Assembly: GCF_001194135.2 (NCBI RefSeq)
Contig: NC_068988.1
Span: 94,469,057-94,533,056, forward strand
DNA from: Octopus bimaculoides
Taxonomy: Eukaryota
Direction: 5' to 3'
DNA: 64,000 nucleotides
Shown here: piece after piece, positions 63,687-64,000 of the stretch
How positions within the stretch are numbered: the first letter of the stretch is position 1
Layout of the letters: each line of letters opens with the position of its first letter
Notes under the pieces: model-generated
The model's database searches: none
What the model was told of the DNA's origin: nothing
What the model saw: only the letters and a program-made list of their open reading frames with translations
Made by a program: the position numbers and the translations under genes

Positions 63687-63928
63687 TATATATATAAATA
63701 TATATATACACATACACACACGTATACTGTATATGCATTAAGAAATTAGGTAAGTAAAGATGGAATACATTTTTCTACGCATTTGATGTACGTAAAAAAG
63801 AATATAATGAATGTGCTTGTGTTCTAAATATTCCTCTCACAGCTAGACTTTATCTCAGTCTACGTATACATACATACATACATACATACATACATAGATA
63901 TATATACATACACACACAACACACACAC

Positions 63929-63969
<41 letters not shown>

Positions 63970-64000
63970 AAAATGTATATATATATATATATATATATAT

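Overview
AT-rich, microsatellite-dense eukaryotic DNA from a gapped short-read assembly (about 16 N-runs, most flanked by (TA)n/(CA)n). The SINE sequences and repeat landscape look like an octopus (coleoid cephalopod) genome; this is recognition from memory, not a database result. I find no host protein-coding gene I can name, and no rRNA, bona fide tRNA or CRISPR. Almost all ORFs in the supplied track are microsatellite or gap artefacts. The window is intergenic or a large intron filled with about 30 tRNA-derived SINE copies (family labels A, B, C are mine). It also holds relics of two mariner transposases, a CR1/L2-type LINE, an RTE-type LINE 3' end with C2H2 fingers, an R4/Dong-type element embedded in (TAA)n, a Helitron helicase fragment next to an 18-bp minisatellite, and a 349-bp long-TIR MITE. 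The most notable features not in the ORF track are two different minimal type-I hammerhead ribozyme motifs of the Penelope-associated kind (12223-12270 +, 2607-2647 -). Several inverted-repeat pairs could be ADAR substrates if transcribed, and there are a few weak, unverified exon and promoter candidates.
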